A stretch of DNA of 43,686 nt from Sphingobacteriales bacterium (GTDB taxonomy: Bacteria; Bacteroidota; Bacteroidia; Chitinophagales; JADIYW01), in assembly GCA_043757615.1 (NCBI GenBank), contig JAYVPA010000210.1:1-43686 (forward strand), in the 5' to 3' direction. The translations under genes were made by a program, and so were the position numbers. Positions 9,518 through 19,146 of this stretch are shown here, piece after piece (within the stretch, counting starts at the first letter, position 1; every line of letters begins with the position of its first letter). The notes beneath the pieces were generated by a model. The model had not been told where the DNA came from. It worked only from the letters and a program-made list of their open reading frames with translations, and did no database searches.

Positions 9518-10266
9518 TGAAAAATCAAATGAAAAAACTACCTGAGATTACCATCCTATTTTGGATAATGAAAATTTGTGCCACTACACTTGGTGAAACC
9601 GGTGGTGATTTATTGGCACAAACTTTAAAGATAGGTTACGGCACCAGCTCATCCATCTTTATTAATTTTTTTCTTATAACTCTTATCATACAGCTTTTTA
9701 CAAAAAAATACCGCCCTGCGATATATTGGGCTGTTATTCTGTCCACCAGCACTGCGGGAACCACTATCTCAGATTTTATGGACAGAACACTTGGTTTAGG
9801 TTATGCTACTGGAAGCATAATTTTAGCATCTATTTTATTAACAGTACTTGCACTCTGGTGGTTTAGTCAGAAATCTTTATCAGTAACAAATATTACCACT
9901 ACTAAAGGTGAGTTATTTTATTGGACAGCAATATTATTTTCGAATACATTAGGGACTGCATTAGGTGATTTTTTAGCAGACAATTCGGGGTTGGGTTTTG
10001 CAGGTGGTGCCATTCTGATTGGTAGTATTTTGACATTAGTTATAGTTCTTCATTATTTTACTAAAATATCTACCATATTATTATTCTGGATTGCATTTAT
10101 ACTGACGCGTCCGTTTGGTGCAACATTTGGGGACTTCCTCACTAAAACACATGAAAAAGGCGGTCTTGATTTTGGTACAAAGGGTTCATCTCTTATTCTT
10201 TTTACTTTCCTTGTTACCTTGATTATTTATACCTCTGCCCGTAAAAAATCACAGGAAATAAGTTAG
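9517..10266 (+). CDS. COG4705/DUF347 repeat membrane protein
   Basis: Four internal repeats (ATTLGETGGD, TAGTTISD, TLGTALGD, RPFGATFGD). Coupled to proC by a TAATG overlap. Confidence 0.85.
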   Translation: MKNQMKKLPEITILFWIMKICATTLGETGGDLLAQTLKIGYGTSSSIFINFFLITLIIQLFTKKYRPAIYWAVILSTSTAGTTISDFMDRTLGLGYATGSIILASILLTVLALWWFSQKSLSVTNITTTKGELFYWTAILFSNTLGTALGDFLADNSGLGFAGGAILIGSILTLVIVLHYFTKISTILLFWIAFILTRPFGATFGDFLTKTHEKGGLDFGTKGSSLILFTFLVTLIIYTSARKKSQEIS

Positions 10267-10369
10267 CTCTTCATTTTTACAAATCGTTGATTTTATCTGT
10301 TATCTCTTAATGTCAACATTTGCTCTTGATTGTTAATACCATTATTATAATAAAAGGGAAATAAAACTT

Positions 10370-10377
10370 TATATTTG
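10370..10377 (+). promoter_or_regulatory. Bacteroidota -7 promoter element (TATATTTG)
   Basis: TAnnTTTG match 17 nt upstream of the ATG at 10395. Confidence 0.55.
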
Positions 10378-10394
10378 TTAATACACGAAAAATT

Positions 10395-11645
10395 ATGGAA
10401 AGATTTCAAGGTTTAATTGGCATTGTTGTAATACTAGCGATTGCATTCTTATGTTCTAACAATAAAAAAAGAATTAATTACAGATTAGTCGGAAGCGGTT
10501 TGCTTTTGCAGATTTCTATAGCTGTATTGATATTAAAAGTTGAACCAGTGAAAAATTTCTTCCAGTCACTAGGAAAAGTGATGACACACATAGAAGCATT
10601 TGCTCATCAGGGTGCAGCTTTTGTTTATGGAGGATTGATGACAGATAATCACCAGGGCGGAAGTATTCCGTATAGTGCAGATGGTGTTTTTGTATTTGGT
10701 TTTAGTGTATTGGCAACTATCATTTTAGTTTGCGTATTGGTTGCTATCTTTTATCATTTTGGAATCATGCAGCGTATTGTTGCCATTATAGCAAAAGCAA
10801 TGAATTTTGTCATGCGCGTTTCCGGTGCTGAAGCATTAAGCAATGTAGCAAGCGCTTTTGTGGGGCAAGTCGAAGCGCAGGTGATGATTCGACCGTATTT
10901 ATCTACGATGACTATGAGTGAATTACTGGCAAGTATGTCAGGAAGTTTAGCATGTATTGCCGGTGGTATATTAGTAGTATATGTTGGCTTTGGTGCAAAA
11001 GTAGAATATTTGTTAGCAGCAAGCATCATGGCAGCCCCGGGTGCCTTAGTGATTTCAAAAATTGTTTTTCCCGAAACGGAAGAAAGCAAGACAATGGGCA
11101 ATGTAAAACTGGAAGTTAAAACTCCCTATACAAATATCATTGATGCCATCAGTCACGGGGCAAGTGATGGCATGAAAATATCTGTCAATGTTATTGCGAT
11201 GATTATCGGCTTTGTTGCATTGATTGCTTTGGTAAATTATGTACTTGGAAAATTTGGCTATTGGTCGCACTTACCATTTACACTTACGTTAGACTGGATT
11301 TTCGGAAAATTATTTTATCCCTTAGCATGGTGTATGGGTGTGCCTTCTCAGGATGTCAGTACTGTTGCGACACTGATGGGACAAAAACTCACTATCAATG
11401 AATTTATTGCCTTTTTAAATATGACAAAAGGCGGATTAACCCCGATGACAACTAAAGGCTTACTGATCGCCAGCGTTGCTATTTGCGGATTTGCAAATTT
11501 CAGTTCGGTAGGTATGCAGATTGGCGGTATCGGTGAGTTAGTTCCGGAACGCAGGGCTGATTTAGCAAAACTAGGAATGAAGGCATTGTTGTGCGGAACC
11601 TTAGCATCTTATCTGTCTGCCACCATTGCCGGTATTCTGATGTAA
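10395..11645 (+). CDS. Concentrative nucleoside transporter (CNT/NupC family)
   Basis: SGAEALSNVASAFVGQVEA, INEFIAF, CGFANFSS.G.QIGGIG.L.PERR and GTLASYLSA.IAG motifs. Confidence 0.93.
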   Translation: MERFQGLIGIVVILAIAFLCSNNKKRINYRLVGSGLLLQISIAVLILKVEPVKNFFQSLGKVMTHIEAFAHQGAAFVYGGLMTDNHQGGSIPYSADGVFVFGFSVLATIILVCVLVAIFYHFGIMQRIVAIIAKAMNFVMRVSGAEALSNVASAFVGQVEAQVMIRPYLSTMTMSELLASMSGSLACIAGGILVVYVGFGAKVEYLLAASIMAAPGALVISKIVFPETEESKTMGNVKLEVKTPYTNIIDAISHGASDGMKISVNVIAMIIGFVALIALVNYVLGKFGYWSHLPFTLTLDWIFGKLFYPLAWCMGVPSQDVSTVATLMGQKLTINEFIAFLNMTKGGLTPMTTKGLLIASVAICGFANFSSVGMQIGGIGELVPERRADLAKLGMKALLCGTLASYLSATIAGILM

Positions 11646-13562
11646 TTATTTCTGAAAATATTTATTCATAAAATTCATTATCATTTGCGTAAAGACTTTG
11701 TCTTTATACAAACCACTTCCGCAGGCTATGGAGCCGAAAGAAAGTATCCCATTATTTTTATTTTCTGTGATTACTATTTCTCCTCCTCCATTATCAGGAT
11801 TTGTTCCTTTAGCTAATAAGATGGTATGCGGTGATGAATTATTATTCATCTTATCCATTTCATCACCACTTAAACCGCGGTTATCAATTCCGGATTTGCC
11901 AAACTCATCTTCATTCTTCACCGCACAATTTTTGAATATCCAGTGTCCTGCGCTTTTTACTTTGTAAGAACAATACGTTTCATAACCTGCATCCGTAAAT
12001 GCATTTCCCCAGTATTTCGCTTCATTAGAATAACTGGTACGCCAGTTTCCCGCAGGAATCAATGTATTATCCAGAAAGGTGCCGTCTTTCCGGCATTCCA
12101 CTGTCTGATAATTATTAGAAAATTGAATTTTATAATATGCCTGATTTCCGCCTAAACAAATAATATTTTTAGTGGAAGAAAAATCTGAAAGCATGTCAAA
12201 CATTTTCGTTGAAAAATACTCGCAGTGCTGCGCGAATACAATTGTATTCGCCTCTTTAAATAATTCAGGATGTGCCTCTAAATAATAATCCGGATACACA
12301 TTACAACCGTATTTTTCATAAAAGAATTTATAGACATTGTTAAAGACAAATAGATCATGTCCTACCAACAGTGAATCAAATAAACAAGAAACCAGCGGAC
12401 GTTGTGTCGAAATGTGATACACACAGCTATCGTCTTTTGTATTTACGTAAAAACATTTTCCCTTATAATAATTATAAGCCTGCCATGTTGTAACAGGTGC
12501 CAGTACAATCAGTTTTGAAACCGACTTACTGTTGATGATGACCGGAACATTGAATGTGGTTGTTTCATCTTTTAGCTGTACACAATAGATACCGGGTGAC
12601 AGCGTATCTGTTGCTATAGTAATTACATTATTATTATTACTTACATTAATTGCAGTTATTTTCCGGAATTTATAACTATCAACCGGTTTTAAAATTTGAA
12701 CAGATTTAAGATGTGCTGCATTCTGCAATTTGACTTTGATGATTTCACCTTGCGTGTAAACTATTTTATCTGTATATCCTGTTAGTTTTGTTTCATAAGT
12801 TTCGCGTGGTTTGGTATTTACACATGGATTCTTAAAGAGTATCGCATTTGTTTTTACCTCATTCAGCACTGCAGTAATTCCATATATTCTGATACGCCTT
12901 TTCAACTCGTCTTTGTATTGGTCTTTGGTGATTCCCTGATTCTGGAAAACAATGTCCAGCATTTTGTTATCTAACAGCCCTGCATAGTTTTTTTCATTTG
13001 CATTCTTTCTGTAAAATGCCAGTTCATTCAGGATATCATAAGTTAGCGGATTGAAAATAAAATAAGGTAAAGAATCCTCATAAGGAAAATCTTTAAATTC
13101 AGTAATTTGCAAGCTGTCGATAAAGCAAGTTTCTTTTGCCCAATTGTAAGCATATATTTTCAGTTTACCATTTGTAATAGTATCGGGCGTTTTAATAAAA
13201 AGATGTATATAGTACCACTCTTTGCTGTTATCAATAAATGTCGGATATTTCGATCCAATCCATTCAGACCAACCCGGTTCTGCTGCCAAATTCACAGTAT
13301 ATTCTTTTGACTTTACTTTTATTTTTAAATAATAATATGTAGAAGGTTCTACATTAGCTTCTACCGTAAAACCGAAAGTATGATTATCTGAAAGTTGTAC
13401 TGCATGAACCATACTCGTGTCAGCAAAGCCTAATGAACCAAGATTGTAATTCTGATACTGGCCTTCTTTTGAGTTTACAGTAAATAAGACATTCTTAACC
13501 GGTAGATGATTCTGTGTACAGCTTATAAGGCTACATGCAATTATGAATATCAGATTTTTCAT
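11646..13562 (-). CDS. Lipoprotein with an N-terminal CBM/galactose-binding-like domain and an N,N-dimethylformamidase beta-subunit-like domain
   Basis: Lipobox LISC. The C-terminal half carries TTWQAYN, STQRP, HCEYFS, LGGNQAY, ECRK, HWIF and GDEMD, which I recognise from DMFase beta-family proteins. Confidence 0.7.
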   Translation of the reverse strand: MKNLIFIIACSLISCTQNHLPVKNVLFTVNSKEGQYQNYNLGSLGFADTSMVHAVQLSDNHTFGFTVEANVEPSTYYYLKIKVKSKEYTVNLAAEPGWSEWIGSKYPTFIDNSKEWYYIHLFIKTPDTITNGKLKIYAYNWAKETCFIDSLQITEFKDFPYEDSLPYFIFNPLTYDILNELAFYRKNANEKNYAGLLDNKMLDIVFQNQGITKDQYKDELKRRIRIYGITAVLNEVKTNAILFKNPCVNTKPRETYETKLTGYTDKIVYTQGEIIKVKLQNAAHLKSVQILKPVDSYKFRKITAINVSNNNNVITIATDTLSPGIYCVQLKDETTTFNVPVIINSKSVSKLIVLAPVTTWQAYNYYKGKCFYVNTKDDSCVYHISTQRPLVSCLFDSLLVGHDLFVFNNVYKFFYEKYGCNVYPDYYLEAHPELFKEANTIVFAQHCEYFSTKMFDMLSDFSSTKNIICLGGNQAYYKIQFSNNYQTVECRKDGTFLDNTLIPAGNWRTSYSNEAKYWGNAFTDAGYETYCSYKVKSAGHWIFKNCAVKNEDEFGKSGIDNRGLSGDEMDKMNNNSSPHTILLAKGTNPDNGGGEIVITENKNNGILSFGSIACGSGLYKDKVFTQMIMNFMNKYFQK

Positions 13563-13750
13563 CTATAAAATGTTTCTCAAAATATCTTAATCAAATTTAA
13601 TATTATTTGTAGGCAATATTGTATCTATTATTTTCCATTTATCACCATAACATTTTAAGATATAATTTATGTGCTTTAAAAAGAAACTTAAAAAAATAAC
13701 CCATTTCTTTAATAACGCATTTACAAACTTAGCATTTTTATGCTAATTTG

Positions 13751-13758
13751 TATCTTTG
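13751..13758 (+). promoter_or_regulatory. Bacteroidota -7 promoter element (TATCTTTG) for uvrC
   Basis: Exact motif 7 nt before the ATG at 13766. Confidence 0.6.
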
Positions 13759-13765
13759 TTATTAC

Positions 13766-15556
13766 ATGCCGACTGAAACTACCTTACCGGACATTATTAA
13801 GAATCTACCGAAAAACCCCGGTGTTTATCGCTATTATGACAAAGAAGGAAAGTTGCTGTATATTGGAAAAGCAAAAAATTTAAAAAACAGGGTTTCATCT
13901 TATTTTGTAAATAAAGATCATTCTTTTCGCATACAATTAATGGTGCGTAAAATTCACAACATTGAATATTCTATTGTATCTACCGAGAAAGATGCATTAC
14001 TTCTGGAGAATGCATTGATTAAAGAGTTTCAGCCAAGATATAATATCAGCTTAAAGGATGACAAGACATTTCCATATATTAAAATTGTCAACGAACAATT
14101 TCCAAAAATTTATTTTACAAGAAATTATCAAAACGACGGGTCGGAATATTTTGGTCCGTATACATCTGTAGGTCATGTACGCTCTATCTTAGAACTGATA
14201 AAAAAATTGTATCCCATACGTAGTTGTTCTCTTCCGTTATCTGAAAAAAATATTAATGCAAAAAAATTTAAAGTTTGTCTTGAATATCATATAGGTAATT
14301 GCTTAGGTCCGTGTGTTGGGTTTCAATCCAAAGAAAATTATGATAATAATATTGAACAGATCCGAAAAATTGTGAAAGGAAGACTGCAGGAACTCCGTTC
14401 TATTTTAAAAAAACAAATGCAGGATTATGCAGACAAACTGGAGTTTGAGAAAGCAGAAAATATTAAAACAAAATTAGAGTCGCTGAAAGAATACATTACA
14501 GATTCAACCATTGTGAATCCAGGGCTTGGCAATTTTCATGTGTTTGGATTTACAGAAGATGAAAAGAAAGCATACATCAATTATTTGTACGTATTTGAGG
14601 GAACCATCATTAAAACAAAGGCTATCACTTTACAGAAAAACCTCGAGGAAACTAAGGAAGAATTAATGCAATTTGCAGTCGTAGATACGATAGGAAATAC
14701 AAATGAAAAAATGGATGTGTTACTTCCTTTTGATGTTATTATTGAAAATGATTGTATTCAGATTGCTATTCCAAAAATCGGGGATAAAAAACAAATTGTA
14801 GAACTGGCACAACGCAACGCATTATTTCAAAAACAAAAAGGAAAAGAAAAAACCAAACCGGATAACACGACACGCATACTAGAATTGATGAAAGAAGAAT
14901 TAAAATTACACGACTTGCCTGTGCACATTGAATGTTTTGATAATTCTAATTTTCAGGGAACAAATGCTGTTTCTGCCTGTGTAGTGTTTAAGAATGCAAA
15001 ACCAAGTAAAAAAGATTACCGACATTTTAATGTAAAAACCGTGGTAGGTGCAGATGATTTTGGCACTATGAAAGAAATTGTATATCGCCGTTATAACAGA
15101 ATGATCATTGAAAACCAGCCTCTGCCTAACTTAATAGTAATTGATGGCGGAAAGGGGCAGCTAAACGCTGCTATGGAAAGTATTTACGATTTAAAACTGG
15201 GAGAAAAGGTACAGGTGATTTCTATTGCAAAACGCCTGGAAGAAATTTACTATCCGAATGATCCGTTTCCATTACACATCAGCAGGAAATCTGATACGTT
15301 AAAAGTCATACAGCAAATCCGGAATGAAGCTCATAGATTTGGAATTACTTTTCATAGAAATAAACGTGATAAAGGCACGCTCAAAACAGAATTAAGCGAT
15401 ATTAAAGGAGTTGATGAAATGATAGCCAACAAACTTTTACAGGAATTTGGTTCTGTAAAAGCGATTGAAAAAACTGCATTACCTGAATTAGAAAAATCTA
15501 TCGGTAAGGCAAAAGCAAAACTGGTTTTTGATTTCTTTCAAAATAAAAACGTCTAG
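13766..15556 (+). CDS. uvrC: Excinuclease ABC subunit UvrC
   Basis: GIY-YIG domain (PGVYRY...LYIGKAKNL), Cys cluster (CLEYHIGNCLGPC), HIECFDNSN, IDGGKGQL, RNEAHRFG and a C-terminal HhH. ATG start taken at 13766. Confidence 0.97.
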   Translation: MPTETTLPDIIKNLPKNPGVYRYYDKEGKLLYIGKAKNLKNRVSSYFVNKDHSFRIQLMVRKIHNIEYSIVSTEKDALLLENALIKEFQPRYNISLKDDKTFPYIKIVNEQFPKIYFTRNYQNDGSEYFGPYTSVGHVRSILELIKKLYPIRSCSLPLSEKNINAKKFKVCLEYHIGNCLGPCVGFQSKENYDNNIEQIRKIVKGRLQELRSILKKQMQDYADKLEFEKAENIKTKLESLKEYITDSTIVNPGLGNFHVFGFTEDEKKAYINYLYVFEGTIIKTKAITLQKNLEETKEELMQFAVVDTIGNTNEKMDVLLPFDVIIENDCIQIAIPKIGDKKQIVELAQRNALFQKQKGKEKTKPDNTTRILELMKEELKLHDLPVHIECFDNSNFQGTNAVSACVVFKNAKPSKKDYRHFNVKTVVGADDFGTMKEIVYRRYNRMIIENQPLPNLIVIDGGKGQLNAAMESIYDLKLGEKVQVISIAKRLEEIYYPNDPFPLHISRKSDTLKVIQQIRNEAHRFGITFHRNKRDKGTLKTELSDIKGVDEMIANKLLQEFGSVKAIEKTALPELEKSIGKAKAKLVFDFFQNKNV

Positions 15557-15577
15557 CCTGAGGCTAGACGTTTTTTT
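15545..15577. terminator. Bidirectional intrinsic terminator between convergent uvrC and gldN
   Basis: AAAAACGTCTAGCCT-G-AGGCTAGACGTTTTT is a perfect inverted repeat with A/T tracts on both sides and overlaps the uvrC stop. Confidence 0.85.
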
Positions 15578-15594
15578 ATATTATCAGGAAATTT

Positions 15595-16674
15595 TTAATA
15601 TTCCCAAAGGTCATGTTCAAAGTTGAACAATTCCTGTTTTTTAGCTTCAGATTCATACAAGATATCAATTCCGGATTTGTAATCCTTGATACGAAAATCC
15701 TGCACATTATCTACTTTATAAATATAGCTTCCGAATAAACGTAAAGCATATACCTGATCCCAGTTCAAACGAACACCATTAGGAAATGGATTGTATGCAG
15801 TAGAGTTTACTAAAGTCTGGCGTAAACTTGGGAAATACACCCAGAATACAGGAACTTCACCACGGAAATCACCTGTTGTAGGATCATAATTATCATACAA
15901 AGGACAAATACCCATAATACGCACTTCCATAGTAGAAGTTTGTTTATTGAAGAACCAAACTTCTTTCAAACGCAATTTGTTTACGTTATTCCAGTTTACT
16001 TCTTTAGTAATTACCTGAAGTGTCTGTATACCTGTTCCCGGATCGGTTACATATATAGAGTCAACACCACCACCTGCTACGTTCAATGCTTCTTTCGGAT
16101 CGATTGGAGTAGTAAAATCATCATCCATACCGCTGTAAACCTGGCATTTTCCGCCTTGTACTGCATCTAACAATACTTGTATAAACGGAGCTTTAGGCCA
16201 TTTGAAATGCAAATTAATTTTTTCTCTTAAGTCAATTACACGCCAAACATTTTTCCACCAGAATACATCGGCTTCACGAATCGGCTCATAACCCATGGCT
16301 ACACGTTTCCCTGTAATCTCTTGTACCCAAGGTAATTTTTGAACCTCCGTTTTAAGATTATTGGAGTCAATCATAGAAGCGGTGGCAGCACCGGGAGCTA
16401 AAGTTGCAGGCTGTGTTGCAGCAGACTGAGCCGCTGCAGCTGAAGCTGAATCCGTAACCGGAGCTGAGGCAGAGATTGCAGGATCTGTTGCTGGAGTTTC
16501 TGTAGCACCATTACTCATAACAGTACTGTCACTGCCAGAACTGCTTTGGCTAACTGTGGAAGATGTTGATTTTTTCTTAGTTGGCTTCTTCTTAGTACCT
16601 GCTGCAGTAGCGGTAATAGAGATGGCACCCACCAACATCAACAACCAACCTAATTTTTTAATTTGCATGTTCAT
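15595..16674 (-). CDS. gldN: Gliding motility/T9SS protein GldN (PorN)
   Basis: YEPIREADVFWWKNVWRVIDLREKIN, KEVWFFNKQ...IMGICP and C-terminal FEHDLWEY; lies downstream of gldM. Confidence 0.93.
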   Translation of the reverse strand: MNMQIKKLGWLLMLVGAISITATAAGTKKKPTKKKSTSSTVSQSSSGSDSTVMSNGATETPATDPAISASAPVTDSASAAAAQSAATQPATLAPGAATASMIDSNNLKTEVQKLPWVQEITGKRVAMGYEPIREADVFWWKNVWRVIDLREKINLHFKWPKAPFIQVLLDAVQGGKCQVYSGMDDDFTTPIDPKEALNVAGGGVDSIYVTDPGTGIQTLQVITKEVNWNNVNKLRLKEVWFFNKQTSTMEVRIMGICPLYDNYDPTTGDFRGEVPVFWVYFPSLRQTLVNSTAYNPFPNGVRLNWDQVYALRLFGSYIYKVDNVQDFRIKDYKSGIDILYESEAKKQELFNFEHDLWEY

Positions 16675-16692
16675 CTTATTCAGAATATATTA

Positions 16693-18228
16693 TTAATCGA
16701 TTTTAAATGCTATGCCAGGAATTTTACGTGATAAGCCATCCGGACCTCTCACTTTAATTTCTTCTATATAAAAAATATCACCTGGTTTTGCTTTTTTAAC
16801 AAAGTCTTTCATTGGAGCACTAAAATACGGGCCTGTTGCAGAAGCAATACCCGGATCTTGTAATTTAGGCTGATAGAACATATTGAAACTCAATACCTCA
16901 AATTTAGCATCAAAGTCAAAATTTTCTAAGTCTGCAACAACACCTTGTTGTGCTTTCCAAACACCTGCATTCATTCTTCCTCCGGGTTGACCTGAAACTT
17001 TAGCAACCGGATTTGGAATTAACTTCACACGGAAAGGAAATGCACCATAGTTTTTGCCATTCGCTGTTACATTTACATTTGTAGCACCTTGCGTTGTAAC
17101 ACGTACTTCATATTTACCTCCGGCTCCTGAAATGGAGCCGTTAGTCATGGATACATTTAATTTAGCGTTTGCAACACCTGCAGCAGAAACCTGAACAGGG
17201 TTTGGAACGCCAATATAAAATACGTTCATCTTAGTTGGTGACACAGTAGCAAAAGGAGCAGCTACGGTATATTTAAATTCAGGTAATGGATAGTTAGTAA
17301 CAGCATTTGTTTTAGGATTTCTCAAAGAGATGCTACCTTTTAAGTCATATTCACCAACTCCGGGTGAAGAAGAATAATGAGCAACACCTTTATCATCCGG
17401 ACGAAGTCCGGCACCATTAACATTTACTGAAACGTTATCATTTTTTGAACTTGTTGCAGCTAAGAATACATTTGCTTCAAATTTTTCACCTTGTAAAATA
17501 TATGCAGACGGAGAAGTAATTTGCGCAGAGAAAGAGTTGAAGACTACTTCGTCCGGTTTTAATTCTTCAGAACTACCTATTTTAGAAAAGAAATAGGAAA
17601 CCAAAATACCTTCCGATGCTTTAATATCCGATAACATCTTAGTCAACATAGTCATCGATGCAATTGGAGGCATTTGATAAAAATTATCCATTGCCCAGTC
17701 ACCTTTTGGTTTTTGAGGATTTGTAGAAAGAGGTACTTTATTTAAAACATTTTCAACATCTGCGGTATCAATCAGAGAAGTAAATTGTGATTTAAACTCG
17801 TCAATTTTCTTTTTCAACTCATATCCTTTCTTTTGTTCTTCAATAAAATAACGGGTAGAAGCATCTAAATCATCCTGACGTTTCATAGGTGCACCTTCTT
17901 CTCCAGGTCCACCGGCTTGTGTTATTATACCATCCTGCAATGTTTTGATATAATCCTGAAGTGTTTTAGACATTTCAATCATTTTATCAGCTTTCGCCTG
18001 ATATTTTGGGATTTCAGCGTTACCCGGTTCTTTTAATTTTTTGTATTCAAAAGCTTTGTAATTCACTTTTGAGTTTACATCTAATAAAGTATTTGAACTT
18101 ACTAAACTGTTATTTATAGTACGGAATGCATTTAAGATTTCAGCAGATACATTTAATGCAAGTAGCGCAGTTAGCACCAGGTACATTAAGTTAATCATCT
18201 GCTGCCTGTTTTCCTTAGGAATAGACAT
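16693..18228 (-). CDS. gldM: Gliding motility/T9SS motor protein GldM (PorM)
   Basis: RQQMINLMYLVLTALLALNVS TM signature and KMNVFYIGVPNP. Confidence 0.96.
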   Translation of the reverse strand: MSIPKENRQQMINLMYLVLTALLALNVSAEILNAFRTINNSLVSSNTLLDVNSKVNYKAFEYKKLKEPGNAEIPKYQAKADKMIEMSKTLQDYIKTLQDGIITQAGGPGEEGAPMKRQDDLDASTRYFIEEQKKGYELKKKIDEFKSQFTSLIDTADVENVLNKVPLSTNPQKPKGDWAMDNFYQMPPIASMTMLTKMLSDIKASEGILVSYFFSKIGSSEELKPDEVVFNSFSAQITSPSAYILQGEKFEANVFLAATSSKNDNVSVNVNGAGLRPDDKGVAHYSSSPGVGEYDLKGSISLRNPKTNAVTNYPLPEFKYTVAAPFATVSPTKMNVFYIGVPNPVQVSAAGVANAKLNVSMTNGSISGAGGKYEVRVTTQGATNVNVTANGKNYGAFPFRVKLIPNPVAKVSGQPGGRMNAGVWKAQQGVVADLENFDFDAKFEVLSFNMFYQPKLQDPGIASATGPYFSAPMKDFVKKAKPGDIFYIEEIKVRGPDGLSRKIPGIAFKID

Positions 18229-18273
18229 ATTTTTATAATTTTTTTAGGTTAAAAATTAATACAGATGATTATA

Positions 18274-19080
18274 TTATGAACGCATTGCAGAAAGCATATT
18301 TCCGTAAATACCGTTTAATTTTTCAAGGTTACCAGCTAAGCCGCCCATTTGATTTTTGAATTTCTCAGTATCCGCTAATGAACCTTCTAAGCTTGTCATA
18401 GCAGTACTTAAGTTACCAATGAATTTATTCATTGTTTTCAAATGTGTATTAGTGTCTTGTAATTCCATTTCATAAACAGCATTTAAAGCCGCTAAGTTTT
18501 TAGTAGCGCTTTGTACTTGAGAATGATATTGTGCAGCATCTCCTGAAGCAGCAGCTAATTTGCTCATGCCTTCAGCAGCGTTTGAAAAAGATTCTTTAAC
18601 ACCGTTTAAAGAAACTGCAGCATTTTTTGCAGATACAGCAAAGTCATTAGATGCCACTGTAGCATCTGCCAAACTGCCCATTTTACCTACATTATCTGCG
18701 AAATTTTTCAAATTATCTCCGAATCTTGTTACCAAATTCTGGTCAACCTTTGCAGCTTCTAACATTTTATCCATTTCAGCAGAAATTGATTTTTTATTTC
18801 CTGCACCTGCAATAGCAGCAGAGGAGGAAGCAGCATCGCTATCATACATATCCAAACCCGGATAGTATTTTTCCCAATAGTAATCTGGTTCTGGTGGAAC
18901 GATACCTGAAATAGCGAAAATTACTGCTTCAGTCAAAAGACCAACAGTTAATGCATAAGATGCCCAAGATAAGTGTAAGATTTTTGCCCAAGCACCAATA
19001 ATTACTATTGCAGCACCCACACCGAATAGTAAATTTTTTAAGGTTTTAAATTGTTTGGTTTTAAAATACGGAGTTGCCAT
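18274..19080 (-). CDS. gldL: Gliding motility/T9SS motor protein GldL (PorL)
   Basis: GAAIVIIGAWAKILH...GLLTEAVIF (conserved TM Glu), NLAALNAVYEMEL and C-terminal YGNMLSAM. Confidence 0.96.
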   Translation of the reverse strand: MATPYFKTKQFKTLKNLLFGVGAAIVIIGAWAKILHLSWASYALTVGLLTEAVIFAISGIVPPEPDYYWEKYYPGLDMYDSDAASSSAAIAGAGNKKSISAEMDKMLEAAKVDQNLVTRFGDNLKNFADNVGKMGSLADATVASNDFAVSAKNAAVSLNGVKESFSNAAEGMSKLAAASGDAAQYHSQVQSATKNLAALNAVYEMELQDTNTHLKTMNKFIGNLSTAMTSLEGSLADTEKFKNQMGGLAGNLEKLNGIYGNMLSAMRS

Positions 19081-19146
19081 AAACTTTTTTAATTTATTTG
19101 GTTAGTTATTAATGAGTTAACGTTAAATAATAAAAATTATTTGATT

